A DNA stretch of 64,000 bases from a virus (IMGVR_UViG_3300013121_000034:65024-129023); one strand, 5' to 3'; counted from the stretch's first letter, positions 36,724 to 47,180 are shown. Numbers and translations: made by a program. The notes: generated by a model not told the origin, from the sequence alone.

Positions 36724-37452
36724 TCAAAAATCCGTCTTGTTGCTTACGTCGCGACGTTCTGGCGTTTGACGTTCCTCAGTCGTTATAGGAGCCGTCGGCG
36801 ATTCAGGGCTGGTGCTTTGATTGAGATTGAGAGGAACACCGCGCACATCGACGCCATCACCGCCATGCAATTTGAGTGTGCCGCCTGCACGCACTTTTAG
36901 AGACTCCTGCGCGTCGATGTTGATGTTCTGTCCGCGAATATCAATGTCGTCCTCAGACGATATGATTATTTTTTCCTTCGCTTCGATGTTCACCGCGCCG
37001 TCGCTTCCGATCAAAACTTTTGTGCCGGATTTATGATGCAGTGTGTAGGAACCTTCCTCATAATCCATAAGCCATTTGTTGCCAAACGGATCAATGAAAC
37101 CTGCCTGATTTGGCTTGGACGGATCAAGTTCGTCCGTTTTGTCTTCGTCCTGATAACCCGGTCCCGCATACTGAAAATTATAATTGCTGTTGTCGGATAC
37201 GCGCACCATGATCTTTGTGCCGATGGGCGGAATGCTTTGCGAACCGATGCCGGGCGAGTTGCCGCCAACGCCCATGCCGAAATCGCATTTCACCCACGGC
37301 AATTTATCGTCCTCTATGCCGCGATGAATTTCACGCAAACGAAATTTGATGCGACGCAAACCCTCCGGGTCGACGTTATCAACTACGAGCGCCAGATATT
37401 CAGCGTTTCGTCCGCCAGCCTTCTTATTTTTGGTGCGCACGTCGAGAGGCAT
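36724..37452 (-). CDS. baseplate central spike (gp5/gpV/VgrG OB fold plus beta-helix)
   Basis: ALVVDNVDPEGLRRIK...LPW...IPPIGTKIMV...HKSGTKVLI. Confidence 0.88.
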   Translation of the reverse strand: MPLDVRTKNKKAGGRNAEYLALVVDNVDPEGLRRIKFRLREIHRGIEDDKLPWVKCDFGMGVGGNSPGIGSQSIPPIGTKIMVRVSDNSNYNFQYAGPGYQDEDKTDELDPSKPNQAGFIDPFGNKWLMDYEEGSYTLHHKSGTKVLIGSDGAVNIEAKEKIIISSEDDIDIRGQNINIDAQESLKVRAGGTLKLHGGDGVDVRGVPLNLNQSTSPESPTAPITTEERQTPERRDVSNKTDF

Positions 37453-38603
37453 TAGAACAAATCCCCTTGCGGATCGAGGCCGCGTCCTTGCGCAACCAAT
37501 TCCAGTTTCTCACCGTAAGTCGTTGCCTGAATGATGCGCGCTTTTCCGGTGACGATGTAATTGCCGGAGAACATGTCCTCCGCCTCATTGATTTGAGGGC
37601 GCATGATATGCACCTTGACCATTTGCAACAATTCGGCGTGTGTCACGAACGGCGACAAAACGTCGACGTAGGTTTGGAACGTCGCACGGCCACGTGTGTT
37701 TTGATACTCGCCCTTATTAAAGTTCTTGTTCGCGTTGCCGGTGTCGATCAGCGTAGGCCACGAGGCAACCTTACCCACAAGGTTTTTTATCGTGCGATTC
37801 ATGCTGATGAACGATGTGAATTTGCGCAAACTGAATTGCTCGATTTCCTCAACCGCTTCTTTTAGAAACTCGGTGAATAGAGACGCGCCGTAGTTTTCGA
37901 GCAAATTGGCAACGCCGCTTCTATCGCGAGCGCGTTGCTGCACGATTTGAACGCGGTTCGGCGTGCGATCCGACACAGGCGGTTGCGGGCCGTAATAAAG
38001 AAGCGTCTCAGGACGCTTGTCTAGCAATCGGTCGAGGTTCGCAAATATGAGTTCGCCTGTCTCGCGTATGGCGAGTGAAAAGATTGAATTGTCGTCCGCG
38101 TAGGCGTGTTCTGCAATGTGATGCAGGAACGTCTTATACGATTGCTTGAACGGAATCCAATTCTGCTCGTCGCGCGTCGCATCCACAACAGGGCGCAAAC
38201 CTATTTCGTTTGCAAGTTGCTCAATAACAGCCGATGCAGAGCCGGTGTAAACGCCTTTGGCAATGGAATAAAGTTTCGGCGCATCGAATATGGCTTTGAT
38301 CGTGCAAACCGTTCCAGTGCCGTGAAAATGACTCGGCGAAGTCGTAACAACGCGAAATGGAATAGCGGTCGGCGCGTCTCTGTCCTGTTTCGTCCCCATT
38401 CGGACTTCGATCTTTGTGCCCTCCGTCAAGGCATAATCGCGCAATAGCGTGTTGGACGGATCGCGAAACGTAACGGTGAGCATAGGCAATGCTTGTGCGA
38501 CGTTTTGCGTGATCGTGGCTTTTTGAAACAAGCCGGGTTGAAACGGAAGCACTTTTCCGTTCGCAGAAAATTCAACGTAATAGGTGTCGTTGAGGGTAAA
38601 CAC
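37452..38603 (-). CDS. baseplate hub (gp27/gpD-like)
   Basis: Position before the spike; C-terminal FSGNYIVT; size 383 aa. Confidence 0.75.
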   Translation of the reverse strand: MFTLNDTYYVEFSANGKVLPFQPGLFQKATITQNVAQALPMLTVTFRDPSNTLLRDYALTEGTKIEVRMGTKQDRDAPTAIPFRVVTTSPSHFHGTGTVCTIKAIFDAPKLYSIAKGVYTGSASAVIEQLANEIGLRPVVDATRDEQNWIPFKQSYKTFLHHIAEHAYADDNSIFSLAIRETGELIFANLDRLLDKRPETLLYYGPQPPVSDRTPNRVQIVQQRARDRSGVANLLENYGASLFTEFLKEAVEEIEQFSLRKFTSFISMNRTIKNLVGKVASWPTLIDTGNANKNFNKGEYQNTRGRATFQTYVDVLSPFVTHAELLQMVKVHIMRPQINEAEDMFSGNYIVTGKARIIQATTYGEKLELVAQGRGLDPQGDLF

Positions 38604-39001
38604 TAGATGCTCACCAACTGACCGATTTGTGATTGGTCGCGGCCTTCACTGATAGCCTTTTCCTTCGCAGCTTGTGAAACGAGCGCCGTTAGAACACGGC
38701 TAAGTTCTGCCTTATCAGGAATGCGCAACACCGTGCCTGCCTGAATTTCGAACGACGTTACGATGCCGTTGTAAATCATAATCATCGGATAGGTCGTCGT
38801 CACGCCATGATAGCGATACGCGATATTCTCGATCTTTTGACCGGCACTCCACACATGCTCTTGGTAGCCGCGAATGGAACGAATGCCACGAATGAGGCGT
38901 GCGTTGAGATAATCGTTGTACGATCCACGTGCGTCCGTCAAAATCGCGTAGAAGCGTTTTATGTCGTAGGTCGCATCGTAATTGGGCGAACCGCTAGGCA
39001 T
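38603..39001 (-). CDS. baseplate LysM/gp53/tail X-like protein
   Basis: IENIAYRYHG...IMIYNGI...GTVLRIP. Confidence 0.8.
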   Translation of the reverse strand: MPSGSPNYDATYDIKRFYAILTDARGSYNDYLNARLIRGIRSIRGYQEHVWSAGQKIENIAYRYHGVTTTYPMIMIYNGIVTSFEIQAGTVLRIPDKAELSRVLTALVSQAAKEKAISEGRDQSQIGQLVSI

Positions 39002-39003
39002 CT

Positions 39004-39807
39004 TTATAGCCCTCGGAAAATGTTACGGAAGGCTTCCTCGGACGTGTTGATGGTAGGCCCATCCACAAGACGGCTAAGGTAATTGAAAAAATCCGTTCCC
39101 TGTTGCTGTAAATTAGCAGCGCCTTGCGGCGATCCTGAATCCAACAAATTTGAAAAGAACGACAGAAATTCTGCGCGGTGCGGCACAAGCGACGTTCGCA
39201 GCGTTAGCGAAGCTGTAGCCGCTATGAAATTGCCGTTGGCGTCCGGTGCAACGGGATAGGTCACGTCGACATTTGGAATGACGACAGACGGCAGCGTCAT
39301 AAAGCGCCCGATATGCACAACGATTCGATTGTGGTCGGCGTTGTAAATCGTAGGCGCAGGCGATTCGATTGCGAAACTATCAAAGGCCGTTGGCAAAACC
39401 CACGACTGCAACAGACGCGTTGGTTTCATAACGTCTTCAACAGCGTCGGTATCTGCGTCAAAGTTCAACGTCAAATTCAATTCGAATGGATCGGAATCAA
39501 GCCACAATTGCTGCGTCAAACCTTGCCAATAAGCCGTGTCGCCTGTGACCGATTTCAGGATTTGCATGCCTTGCGAAATCATTTCGCCAAAACCGCCAAT
39601 GGCAGAGGACAAAAAGTTTGCAAGCTGCGCCTCATATTGAGCGGCAACGCGCATTTCGATTTCTTCCGGCAACGTCGCTGTAACGCGCTCCCAATTGCCG
39701 GAGATAGCGTCGCCCAAACCGCCAGCCAAATCGTGCGATCCTGCAACGACACGCTTTTTGATTTCGACGGCGTAGTTGGGGTTATCGTAAACGTAGCGCG
39801 GAGGCAT
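39004..39807 (-). CDS. baseplate/tail tube cap protein (gp48-like)
   Basis: Follows tape measure; beta-rich tube-like C-terminus (VIPNVDVTY...G...A-x-ASLTLRT). Confidence 0.6.
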   Translation of the reverse strand: MPPRYVYDNPNYAVEIKKRVVAGSHDLAGGLGDAISGNWERVTATLPEEIEMRVAAQYEAQLANFLSSAIGGFGEMISQGMQILKSVTGDTAYWQGLTQQLWLDSDPFELNLTLNFDADTDAVEDVMKPTRLLQSWVLPTAFDSFAIESPAPTIYNADHNRIVVHIGRFMTLPSVVIPNVDVTYPVAPDANGNFIAATASLTLRTSLVPHRAEFLSFFSNLLDSGSPQGAANLQQQGTDFFNYLSRLVDGPTINTSEEAFRNIFRGL

Positions 39808-39809
39808 GA

Positions 39810-42800
39810 TTATTCATCCCTATCCCATGCCAGCAATTTCGCAAGCGACGGGTCCATAACAGGCTCGTCTAGCGTAATCGGCGGCGGACGATTTTTAATG
39901 ATCGGTGTGGAAGGCTTGCGCTCTTTTTCTTTCGGCGCGGGCATCACAATGACTTGCGGCTCTGTAGGTTGAATTGGAATAGGCTCAGGCTCAACAGGCG
40001 GCGAAGGATAATAGGCGAAGTCGGGCATACCGCGTTGCGCGTTGAAACGCGGCATATCAGGAAGCATCGGACGCACGCTAGGCATGCCGGGAATTTCGAA
40101 CGATGCATCGTCGCCATCGTCTTTGCCGAAAAGATCGAAGGCAGGAAGCTTGAGCATGTCGTTTGCAATCGACGGGCCGTATTGAAATGCACCCGGCGAG
40201 AATATGTCGACGCCCAATTTTTCAGTCACAAACTTTTCCATTGTAGCTGGAATGGACGCAGGGATCGGCATGCTAGGATTATCAATTGCGAACAATTGAC
40301 GTGCGGCCATCGCGGGATCAATGTCACCTTGTGAAAGCAACGACGTAACCTCGCGCTTTTTCGATTCAAGCATGGCGTCGAGAGGCGTGCTGCGTGCACG
40401 CGGCTCATTCAATAAGCTGTAGACATAACCGTTCAACGCGTCCGGCCTTATATGCGCGCCGGGAGCATGCGGCTCAACGCCAGAGGCTAGTGCGTCATAT
40501 TCTCCAGATTCAATAGCCGTGCGGCCTTGATAGAGACGATTAGCTGCGTCGCCCAGTCGGCGTTCAATTAAAGTATCGCGACCGGCACCGCCGTCGATAT
40601 TACTATCGCCGCTCGCGCCGCTGATTTGTGCTTGCGATGCGTCATATCCACCCGGCGCAAATGCTACCGGCTGCTGGAATATGCGCGACTCTGCGGCGTC
40701 CATTGTGCGGTCGACGTAATCTTTTTCGTTCGGCAAAATAGGCGCAGGCGTAATACCAACAGGCGCAGCGTAGTTGTTTGCGCCAAGGTTTGTTGTTTGC
40801 GTAGACCCGCCTTCATACGTGAATTGGAAGGGATCACTCGCGCTTTTTGTTTCGAACGCCATAAGCCTGCCAGCATCCGCCGCAACAACGGTAGGTATTT
40901 CGTATCCCGTGCTTATTGTGGTGGGAGGATCAATTACAACGTGACGATCCGTAATTCGTTTTTCTGCAGCATCATATCCGCCCGGTGCGAGCATGACCGG
41001 CTCTTGATACATACGCGCCTCGGCGGCAGCCATTGTGCGTTCGACATAATCTTTTTCGCCCGGAATGACAACGCTAGTGTAGGTATTTGGAGAAACCGAT
41101 ACGTCGCCGGGAGTATAAGCAATTTGAAACGGATCAGCTTCTTTTTGTGGACCAAACACGTCAAATTTCGAGGCGTTTGCTGTCATCGGCATAGACGACG
41201 GCGCACTCTCCCTTTGTTTCTTGAGCGCCTCTTGATAGGACGCGTTGTATTTGCCTGCCGCCTCTTGCGTGTTGAATTGGTAATGCAAATGGGGAGCCGT
41301 AGCATTGCGCGACGGCTCGTTATATTCATCTAGGACGGTGAAATCTTTTCCTTCTACAAGGCCGCGCGCTGCAAACATGGCGCGAACGTCGCTCGCCTTT
41401 TGCGCAGCGATTGTTTTGTGTTCATCGGTGAGCGAATTGTAGTCGCGCGGCAAATTTTTCAACGTGAAATCGCCAGCAAGGCCATCATCGTGTTTCGACG
41501 TCGTGCCTTCATGCGCGTGATCGTCAAAGCCTGTGAAGCGTTCAACGCCTCCAAGACCCATAAGTTCGTTGGCGGCTGAATATGTGCCAGCCAAAGCTTC
41601 GCCGCCGCCGAATGCTTGTCCCGTGCGAGATTTTGGATCGCTTAGATCAATCCAACGCGTCGAGCCGTCACTAGCCTTTACCGGCACTTTTCCTTGCGAC
41701 AAAAGCGAAGGCGGCGTGTAATTAGGCTCAGTTGTTATGTAATTGCCTTGGAAGGCGTCGCGCATTTCTGCATTCGCACCCATCCAGCTTTCGACCGAAC
41801 CTTTTGTGCCTTGACCGTGCGCCGATACACCCGCCGTCGTTGGAACGGACGCCCAAATAGCAGCAACGTCGTTTTGGAATTGCTCCGGCGAAGATTCGCC
41901 TGCCATAAAAGAACGTCCGCCAGCACGCTCCATAATATCGAACGACGCAAGCTTGTCCTGAAATTCAGGGCTGAATGTTTCTGTGCCGGTAAATGACAGA
42001 CCGGCGTCGTCCGCACGCTTGCGGAAATTTTTATCGTATAGCGACTTTTTGCCTTGCGCAGCGCGTGTCAAATTCTCAGGGCTGTTGGGATCGTAGCGAT
42101 TGCGGAAATCGCGCATTGTTGTGCGAATATACTGATAGCGACCGACGGCGCTCGAACCTAGACCCGCAATGTCGTTGCCCGGCATATCAAGCATGCCTGT
42201 TTGATATGCGTCGAGTTCATCGAGCGACATTTCGCTGATCTTTTTATCGCTTCCCGGCGAGAATTTGCCGTAAGCGTATTCCGTATCGTAGCCGCTATTA
42301 GCTTGCGTTGCCGTGCCTTCGCTATTTGCAATACGATTGAGCAGCGACGCGAACGGACCTTTATGTCCGCTCGGTGTAATTGCGTTGCCTTCGCCGCTAT
42401 AAAAGTTGGCGTTGTCCTGCATCACTGCGTTATCAAGACGCGATTGATCGACTTCGACCGGGCCGTTTACGCGCCTGAAATCGTAGACGCCGACGTCGGT
42501 GTATCCGGTCGGCGAATTTGCGTCCGGTTCAAACGCATGCGTTTCACCGTTTACCGTGCCAGTAAACGTGCCTTCCTTATATTGAGGAAGCGTTCTTTTC
42601 TGTGTCTGCGCGTTGTAATTGGAATCGCCTGTGCCTGTGAATTGCTCACTCGTATGCGCGTTGCGTTTATGCGCCGTTACGGTTTTTACTGTAGGCTCAC
42701 CCGGAGGCAAACCAAACATGCCGCGCGTTAACGCGTTGATGCGATCCATCAATTCGAGAGCCTTGAGGTTTTCCTCAATCTTTTTGCCTGCCTCGTCCGC

Positions 42801-44606
42801 AACGGCTTTCGCCATTTCCGGGCCGTAGGTTTCGCTAATGCGCTTCAATACTTTTTCTTGCTGTTCCTTCGTAAAATTCGAAGACGCAATAAGGCTAACT
42901 GCGGCCTCTTGCAATTTATCGCTAGGGTCGTTGAAAACGCTTTCCAGCAAATCGAGTGTGCCAGCCGCCGCTGCGCCGAGCGCGCCGCCCGCTAGCGTAC
43001 CGACACCGGGAAAGAAAGAACCAAGTCCTGCGCCCGCTGCAATCATGCCGCCGTAATCGACAGCACGGCTTCCAATAAATCCGGTTTCCTCGTCGCCGAA
43101 AAATGCTCGCTTGTTTCCATATTCGTCGCGCTGATTGGCAAGCAAATCATAGCCTGCAAGACCGGCACCTACCGGCACCGCTACTTTTCCAGCCAAGCCA
43201 AGTGTGCGCGAAAATAGCGACGTGGCAGGACGAGCGGCTGCGGCAAGACCGCCGACCGTTCCGGCTGTTGCTGCGCCTGCTGTTGCAGCACCGCCAAGAC
43301 CGACTAATCCCTTACCCCAATTAAGAAGGCCGCGACCCCATTTCAGACCTTTCAATCCAAGCCATGTCCCAAGAGCCGTTTCCAAAACGGATGAACCGCC
43401 GCCGCCGCCTCCCTTTTTGACAGCTTCGGTTTGTTCTTCCTCTTGATCGAGCAAGCGGTCGAATTTGTCGTTGAAATTCTTTTTGGCCTGCTCGCGAAAT
43501 TCCGCTTCGGATTTCAAAGCCTGCTTGTAGAGTTTCGTCGTTTCAGCGTGTTGGCGCTTCGATTCGCGCAACGCGTCGCCATCCGGCACATCTTGCGCCA
43601 ACTGCGACGCGAGGCTATTGCCGCTGAAAATAGCACCAACGCTTTTTACGGTGTCAGCGACACGGCCAAACATATAATCGAAGCCGCTGCTGCGTTTGAG
43701 ATTGGCGCTCACGTCAGCCTTGGCTGTTACACCGGGCTTGAAATCGGCAGCTTCTTTTTCACTCGGCGTTTCGAAGCCACGGCTTTTCAACGTGCGGTCA
43801 ATATTACGATCACGTGCTGTCTTCGGCGGCGGACGCATACGTGCAGTTGACGTGCGTTTACCGCTACCGCGTTGACGATTACGCGGTGCTTTTGCGGCGG
43901 GAGCAGCGGGCGGCGGTGTAGGTGCTGGAGGCGGGGGCGGCGGTGCAACCGTGGGAATACGCGAAATCTTTTTGATGCGTGTCAGCATTTCTTCGGCACT
44001 GTGACCGGAATTGAGGCCGGTGTACCAACGAAAGCCACGAGCGAGAACGCCGTTGTTATTGCGCGAACGATCTGCGCCCCAACGATAAATCATGCCCTTA
44101 AAAGAATCGGAGCGCAAATTTTCAACGCCGCGCTCGATAATGGAATTGCGGACACCAAACACCTTGCGTTTAACAGCGCGGGCAGCGTAGCCGCCAACAC
44201 TAGCAATAAGGCTTGAAGGAAGCGCACGGCCTTCCAAAAGAACGGCTTGGTATTCATCCGTCACATCGGAAATAGACGCGATGGCCTCATTCAACGCGAG
44301 TGTCGTTTCAGGATCGGTATTTGTAGATTGCGCCGCCTGCAACATGAAAGACAAACGCTCCGACTCTAAATCAAGGTCGGAAACGCGCGCCTGAATTTCC
44401 TCGAAGGTAAGTGGAACAATGTCCTTCTTTTTGATTTCATCAAGCTGCTTGCGCATTTCTACGACAAGCTTCTTGAAATTCTGAGACGTCTTTTTCGTTT
44501 CGAGACGCGTATAAGCCTGCTGTAACGACGCTTTACGAATCGCAGTCGTATTACGTCTGCGTGCACCCGACGCGCCTAAAGTTGGTGAATACCTACGCTC
44601 TGCCAT
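39810..44606 (-). CDS. tape measure-like protein with lysozyme-like and peptidase M15-like domains
   Basis: Position after the tail chaperone; Gly/Ala-rich hydrophobic segment; LLNRIANSEG...AVGRYQYI...FSPEFQD...WASVP; SKHDDGLAGDF...PHLHY. Confidence 0.8.
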   Translation of the reverse strand: MAERRYSPTLGASGARRRNTTAIRKASLQQAYTRLETKKTSQNFKKLVVEMRKQLDEIKKKDIVPLTFEEIQARVSDLDLESERLSFMLQAAQSTNTDPETTLALNEAIASISDVTDEYQAVLLEGRALPSSLIASVGGYAARAVKRKVFGVRNSIIERGVENLRSDSFKGMIYRWGADRSRNNNGVLARGFRWYTGLNSGHSAEEMLTRIKKISRIPTVAPPPPPPAPTPPPAAPAAKAPRNRQRGSGKRTSTARMRPPPKTARDRNIDRTLKSRGFETPSEKEAADFKPGVTAKADVSANLKRSSGFDYMFGRVADTVKSVGAIFSGNSLASQLAQDVPDGDALRESKRQHAETTKLYKQALKSEAEFREQAKKNFNDKFDRLLDQEEEQTEAVKKGGGGGGSSVLETALGTWLGLKGLKWGRGLLNWGKGLVGLGGAATAGAATAGTVGGLAAAARPATSLFSRTLGLAGKVAVPVGAGLAGYDLLANQRDEYGNKRAFFGDEETGFIGSRAVDYGGMIAAGAGLGSFFPGVGTLAGGALGAAAAGTLDLLESVFNDPSDKLQEAAVSLIASSNFTKEQQEKVLKRISETYGPEMAKAVADEAGKKIEENLKALELMDRINALTRGMFGLPPGEPTVKTVTAHKRNAHTSEQFTGTGDSNYNAQTQKRTLPQYKEGTFTGTVNGETHAFEPDANSPTGYTDVGVYDFRRVNGPVEVDQSRLDNAVMQDNANFYSGEGNAITPSGHKGPFASLLNRIANSEGTATQANSGYDTEYAYGKFSPGSDKKISEMSLDELDAYQTGMLDMPGNDIAGLGSSAVGRYQYIRTTMRDFRNRYDPNSPENLTRAAQGKKSLYDKNFRKRADDAGLSFTGTETFSPEFQDKLASFDIMERAGGRSFMAGESSPEQFQNDVAAIWASVPTTAGVSAHGQGTKGSVESWMGANAEMRDAFQGNYITTEPNYTPPSLLSQGKVPVKASDGSTRWIDLSDPKSRTGQAFGGGEALAGTYSAANELMGLGGVERFTGFDDHAHEGTTSKHDDGLAGDFTLKNLPRDYNSLTDEHKTIAAQKASDVRAMFAARGLVEGKDFTVLDEYNEPSRNATAPHLHYQFNTQEAAGKYNASYQEALKKQRESAPSSMPMTANASKFDVFGPQKEADPFQIAYTPGDVSVSPNTYTSVVIPGEKDYVERTMAAAEARMYQEPVMLAPGGYDAAEKRITDRHVVIDPPTTISTGYEIPTVVAADAGRLMAFETKSASDPFQFTYEGGSTQTTNLGANNYAAPVGITPAPILPNEKDYVDRTMDAAESRIFQQPVAFAPGGYDASQAQISGASGDSNIDGGAGRDTLIERRLGDAANRLYQGRTAIESGEYDALASGVEPHAPGAHIRPDALNGYVYSLLNEPRARSTPLDAMLESKKREVTSLLSQGDIDPAMAARQLFAIDNPSMPIPASIPATMEKFVTEKLGVDIFSPGAFQYGPSIANDMLKLPAFDLFGKDDGDDASFEIPGMPSVRPMLPDMPRFNAQRGMPDFAYYPSPPVEPEPIPIQPTEPQVIVMPAPKEKERKPSTPIIKNRPPPITLDEPVMDPSLAKLLAWDRDE

Positions 44607-44609
44607 CTT

Positions 44610-44849
44610 TTATCTCCGCCGATTCGCTTGTCGCGCCCGGCTTTGTGAGGCTGCGTTCATCGCACGAACGCGAGCATTATGTGCAGCTACCTTCATCGCA
44701 TTTTCAAACTGATGCTTGCTGCGATAACCGGCACGCACTTTTTGCATCGCCTTGTTTTCGGTTGCCTTGTCTAGCGATTCTGTCGTGAGCCGCCCGATGT
44801 AACTCAAAAACTCAGTGAAGGCCATCGAATCTGGCGGCAGAAAACCCAT
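44610..44849 (-). CDS. tail assembly chaperone C-terminal (gpT-like) frame
   Basis: Lies between chaperone and tape measure; its frame stays open upstream across the chaperone stop codon. Confidence 0.55.
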   Translation of the reverse strand: MGFLPPDSMAFTEFLSYIGRLTTESLDKATENKAMQKVRAGYRSKHQFENAMKVAAHNARVRAMNAASQSRARQANRRR

Positions 44850-44892
44850 TTCCTTTGCGAACCGATATTTAAGATCGGCAATCAGGTTCGCA

Positions 44893-46008
44893 CTATAGAC
44901 CGGACAGAAAGGTCGCGGCGCTCAGAGGAACGAGAATCGTCTCTTTCTCCGGGCGCACCTCCTTTCCTGCTGCAAGATCAGCCTCAATCTCCGCAATTTC
45001 GTCAGCGATATTGAGCAGGATTTCTTTTGTCTCGATCACCTTGGCGTCGTAATCCAGCTTCATGTAATCGAGCATTGCCGATTCCAGAATGCGCGAGCGT
45101 TCTTTCAACTCAATGACCCATTTCCTTGGATCAAAATGCTGATCGATGCATTCGATTTCCTCAACGACGCCGTGTTCGGACAATTCCTTGAGCGTGACAG
45201 CAAGCGCGATAATATCGCCTGTGCTTTTATGGTAGTTCGCCAGCTTGTCCTTGAACGTATCGCCTTGGAAATACTGCGCTTGCGACCAAATGTATTTGTC
45301 AGCAATGGCCTTGGGCGAAAAAAGTTCAAAGTATTCCGCATCACGCATGAGCGGAACGGCAAGGCCCTTCGACACAAATTCGTCGAGGTATTCCTGATGC
45401 GAAATTTTGGGCGTCTTGAATTTTACCTCGCCCATGTCCTTCACTTGGATTTCGTTGTCGTTGCCATAAAGGCTGGTCCAACGACGAATCCACGGGCGCT
45501 TCGGGAAAGACAGTGTGCGGTGATGATACAAAAGATGCTTGAAATCACCGGGCGTTAGGAAACGCACGTCGATACCGTGAAGCGATGGTCCAATCGCATC
45601 AAGCAGAAGCGTAGTTGAATCGGCTTGGCCTGCAACAGCTAGGGCTTGAATATCGGAGCCTAGCAAACGGCGAACTGAAAAGTTTGCGCCGTCCTTGTAG
45701 AAAATACCGCCACTGATAGGCGTGAAACGAATATGGCCGGAGATAACGTTGTCGGTCGTTCGATATTCCTGCGCATCCGGCGTATCGACTTCTTTTACCG
45801 GCACGTAGTCTTTTGCGTCCGCCTTATATGGCTCGCGCGGCGTTGCTTGTTCAACGCCATCCGTAATCGTCTTGACCTTAAATTCACTGCCCGGAGGCGG
45901 ATTCCCTTCCGGCACCGACGTTGCTTTATCGATTGCAGCTTCTTGCGAAGGGACGCCTTCGCTCTTTTGCGTTAGCGGGTAGCGAAACGATCCTGAATCA
46001 GTTGACAT
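44893..46008 (-). CDS. tail assembly chaperone / hub assembly protein (gpG/T4 gp26-like)
   Basis: Between tube genes and tape measure; LTPGDFKHLLYHHRTLSF motif; GAGG Shine-Dalgarno. Confidence 0.65.
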   Translation of the reverse strand: MSTDSGSFRYPLTQKSEGVPSQEAAIDKATSVPEGNPPPGSEFKVKTITDGVEQATPREPYKADAKDYVPVKEVDTPDAQEYRTTDNVISGHIRFTPISGGIFYKDGANFSVRRLLGSDIQALAVAGQADSTTLLLDAIGPSLHGIDVRFLTPGDFKHLLYHHRTLSFPKRPWIRRWTSLYGNDNEIQVKDMGEVKFKTPKISHQEYLDEFVSKGLAVPLMRDAEYFELFSPKAIADKYIWSQAQYFQGDTFKDKLANYHKSTGDIIALAVTLKELSEHGVVEEIECIDQHFDPRKWVIELKERSRILESAMLDYMKLDYDAKVIETKEILLNIADEIAEIEADLAAGKEVRPEKETILVPLSAATFLSGL

Positions 46009-46061
46009 TGCAGCATCCTCAAAATGGGCAGTAAAAGCCGTTTAGCCTTTACCATAAAAGT

Positions 46062-46631
46062 TCAGCCCTTGAGAATCTGGATATTGTAAACCTCAAACGA
46101 GACGTTCCAACGAACTCGCTGAGAGTTTCCGTACATGTATTGCTGCTCACTAATTGCTGTAGGCCATGCTTTTTCATAAATGCCGTGAATCATGGGCTTC
46201 AAGCGTTCACGGTTGTTGAACGCGTAAAAATGTATGTCACGCACATACATATCACGCGGCGAATAAACACCGTCGCTTGATACGACGGAGTCCATCCAGT
46301 CTGTCATCATTTGGACCATGTCGTAAGTGTCGCTCTCATAAAAAGTGAGCGAAATGCTTTCGACATTTTGCCAGCGGGGATAGCTGGAGCGACGACCGCG
46401 ATAAAAACGCTGGTCTGAATCAATGGTGCGATACTTGAGCGGAATTTCTTCGATACGATTAAGAAAACGATTAAACCAATTTGGCGTGCGAAGCAAAGTG
46501 CCGTTATACGCGTAGTTAGCGCCTATCGTATTAGCGGCACCGACCGATTGAATATCGGCAACCCACATAGAGTCCAAAGCTGGCTCAGGTAGTTGCTGAG
46601 CCAACTCGTCATACGTTGGAAGATAGCCCAA
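46062..46631 (-). CDS. tail tube-like protein (tube initiator/gp54-like)
   Basis: ISLTFYE...W...AWPT...VSF tube-fold motifs. Confidence 0.7.
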   Translation of the reverse strand: MGYLPTYDELAQQLPEPALDSMWVADIQSVGAANTIGANYAYNGTLLRTPNWFNRFLNRIEEIPLKYRTIDSDQRFYRGRRSSYPRWQNVESISLTFYESDTYDMVQMMTDWMDSVVSSDGVYSPRDMYVRDIHFYAFNNRERLKPMIHGIYEKAWPTAISEQQYMYGNSQRVRWNVSFEVYNIQILKG

Positions 46632-46655
46632 AACAAAGAGCCTTCCATTAATCGC

Positions 46656-47180
46656 TTAGCGCAGTTCAACGTCTGCGGGAACGGCGCGCCAATACGAGAA
46701 CGACGTCGTGATCGGCATGCCCTGACCGCCCTGACCATCAAGAGGCGTATCCGAAAGATCGGACGGGAACAGCTTCTCGATAATCAGAGATTTCGCAAGC
46801 ACACCGGCGTTGTCGTACACACGCAATTCTGCGTCGACGCCATAATCGTTGATGTAGCCGTTCGACGTTCCCGAATTGGAGCCCTTGACTTGCTGCTGCC
46901 ATGATTCAATCGCACGAATAACCGGCATGTTGACCGACAATTCGAGGAAGGTGCAAGCAAGAACTTTTGGATACGTGTTTTTGCCCGAGAACACATAATC
47001 GAACGAGTGCAGCGTGACGGTAATCGGCTCGTTCTGCATGCCCGGAATAACGCACGACTGCATGCGAAGACGCAGCAAATTCGGGTCGCCGATTCCGGGG
47101 ATGGAGCCGAACAAAAGTTCGAAACCATCCGACGGCATCGTATCGGCGAGTCCGGCATTTTCATCGAAGGTGATACGCAT
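46656..47180 (-). CDS. major tail tube protein
   Basis: GGAG Shine-Dalgarno then ATG 47180; IPG...FSG...TFLE...W...LFP...TFSY; follows the sheath. Confidence 0.85.
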   Translation of the reverse strand: MRITFDENAGLADTMPSDGFELLFGSIPGIGDPNLLRLRMQSCVIPGMQNEPITVTLHSFDYVFSGKNTYPKVLACTFLELSVNMPVIRAIESWQQQVKGSNSGTSNGYINDYGVDAELRVYDNAGVLAKSLIIEKLFPSDLSDTPLDGQGGQGMPITTSFSYWRAVPADVELR

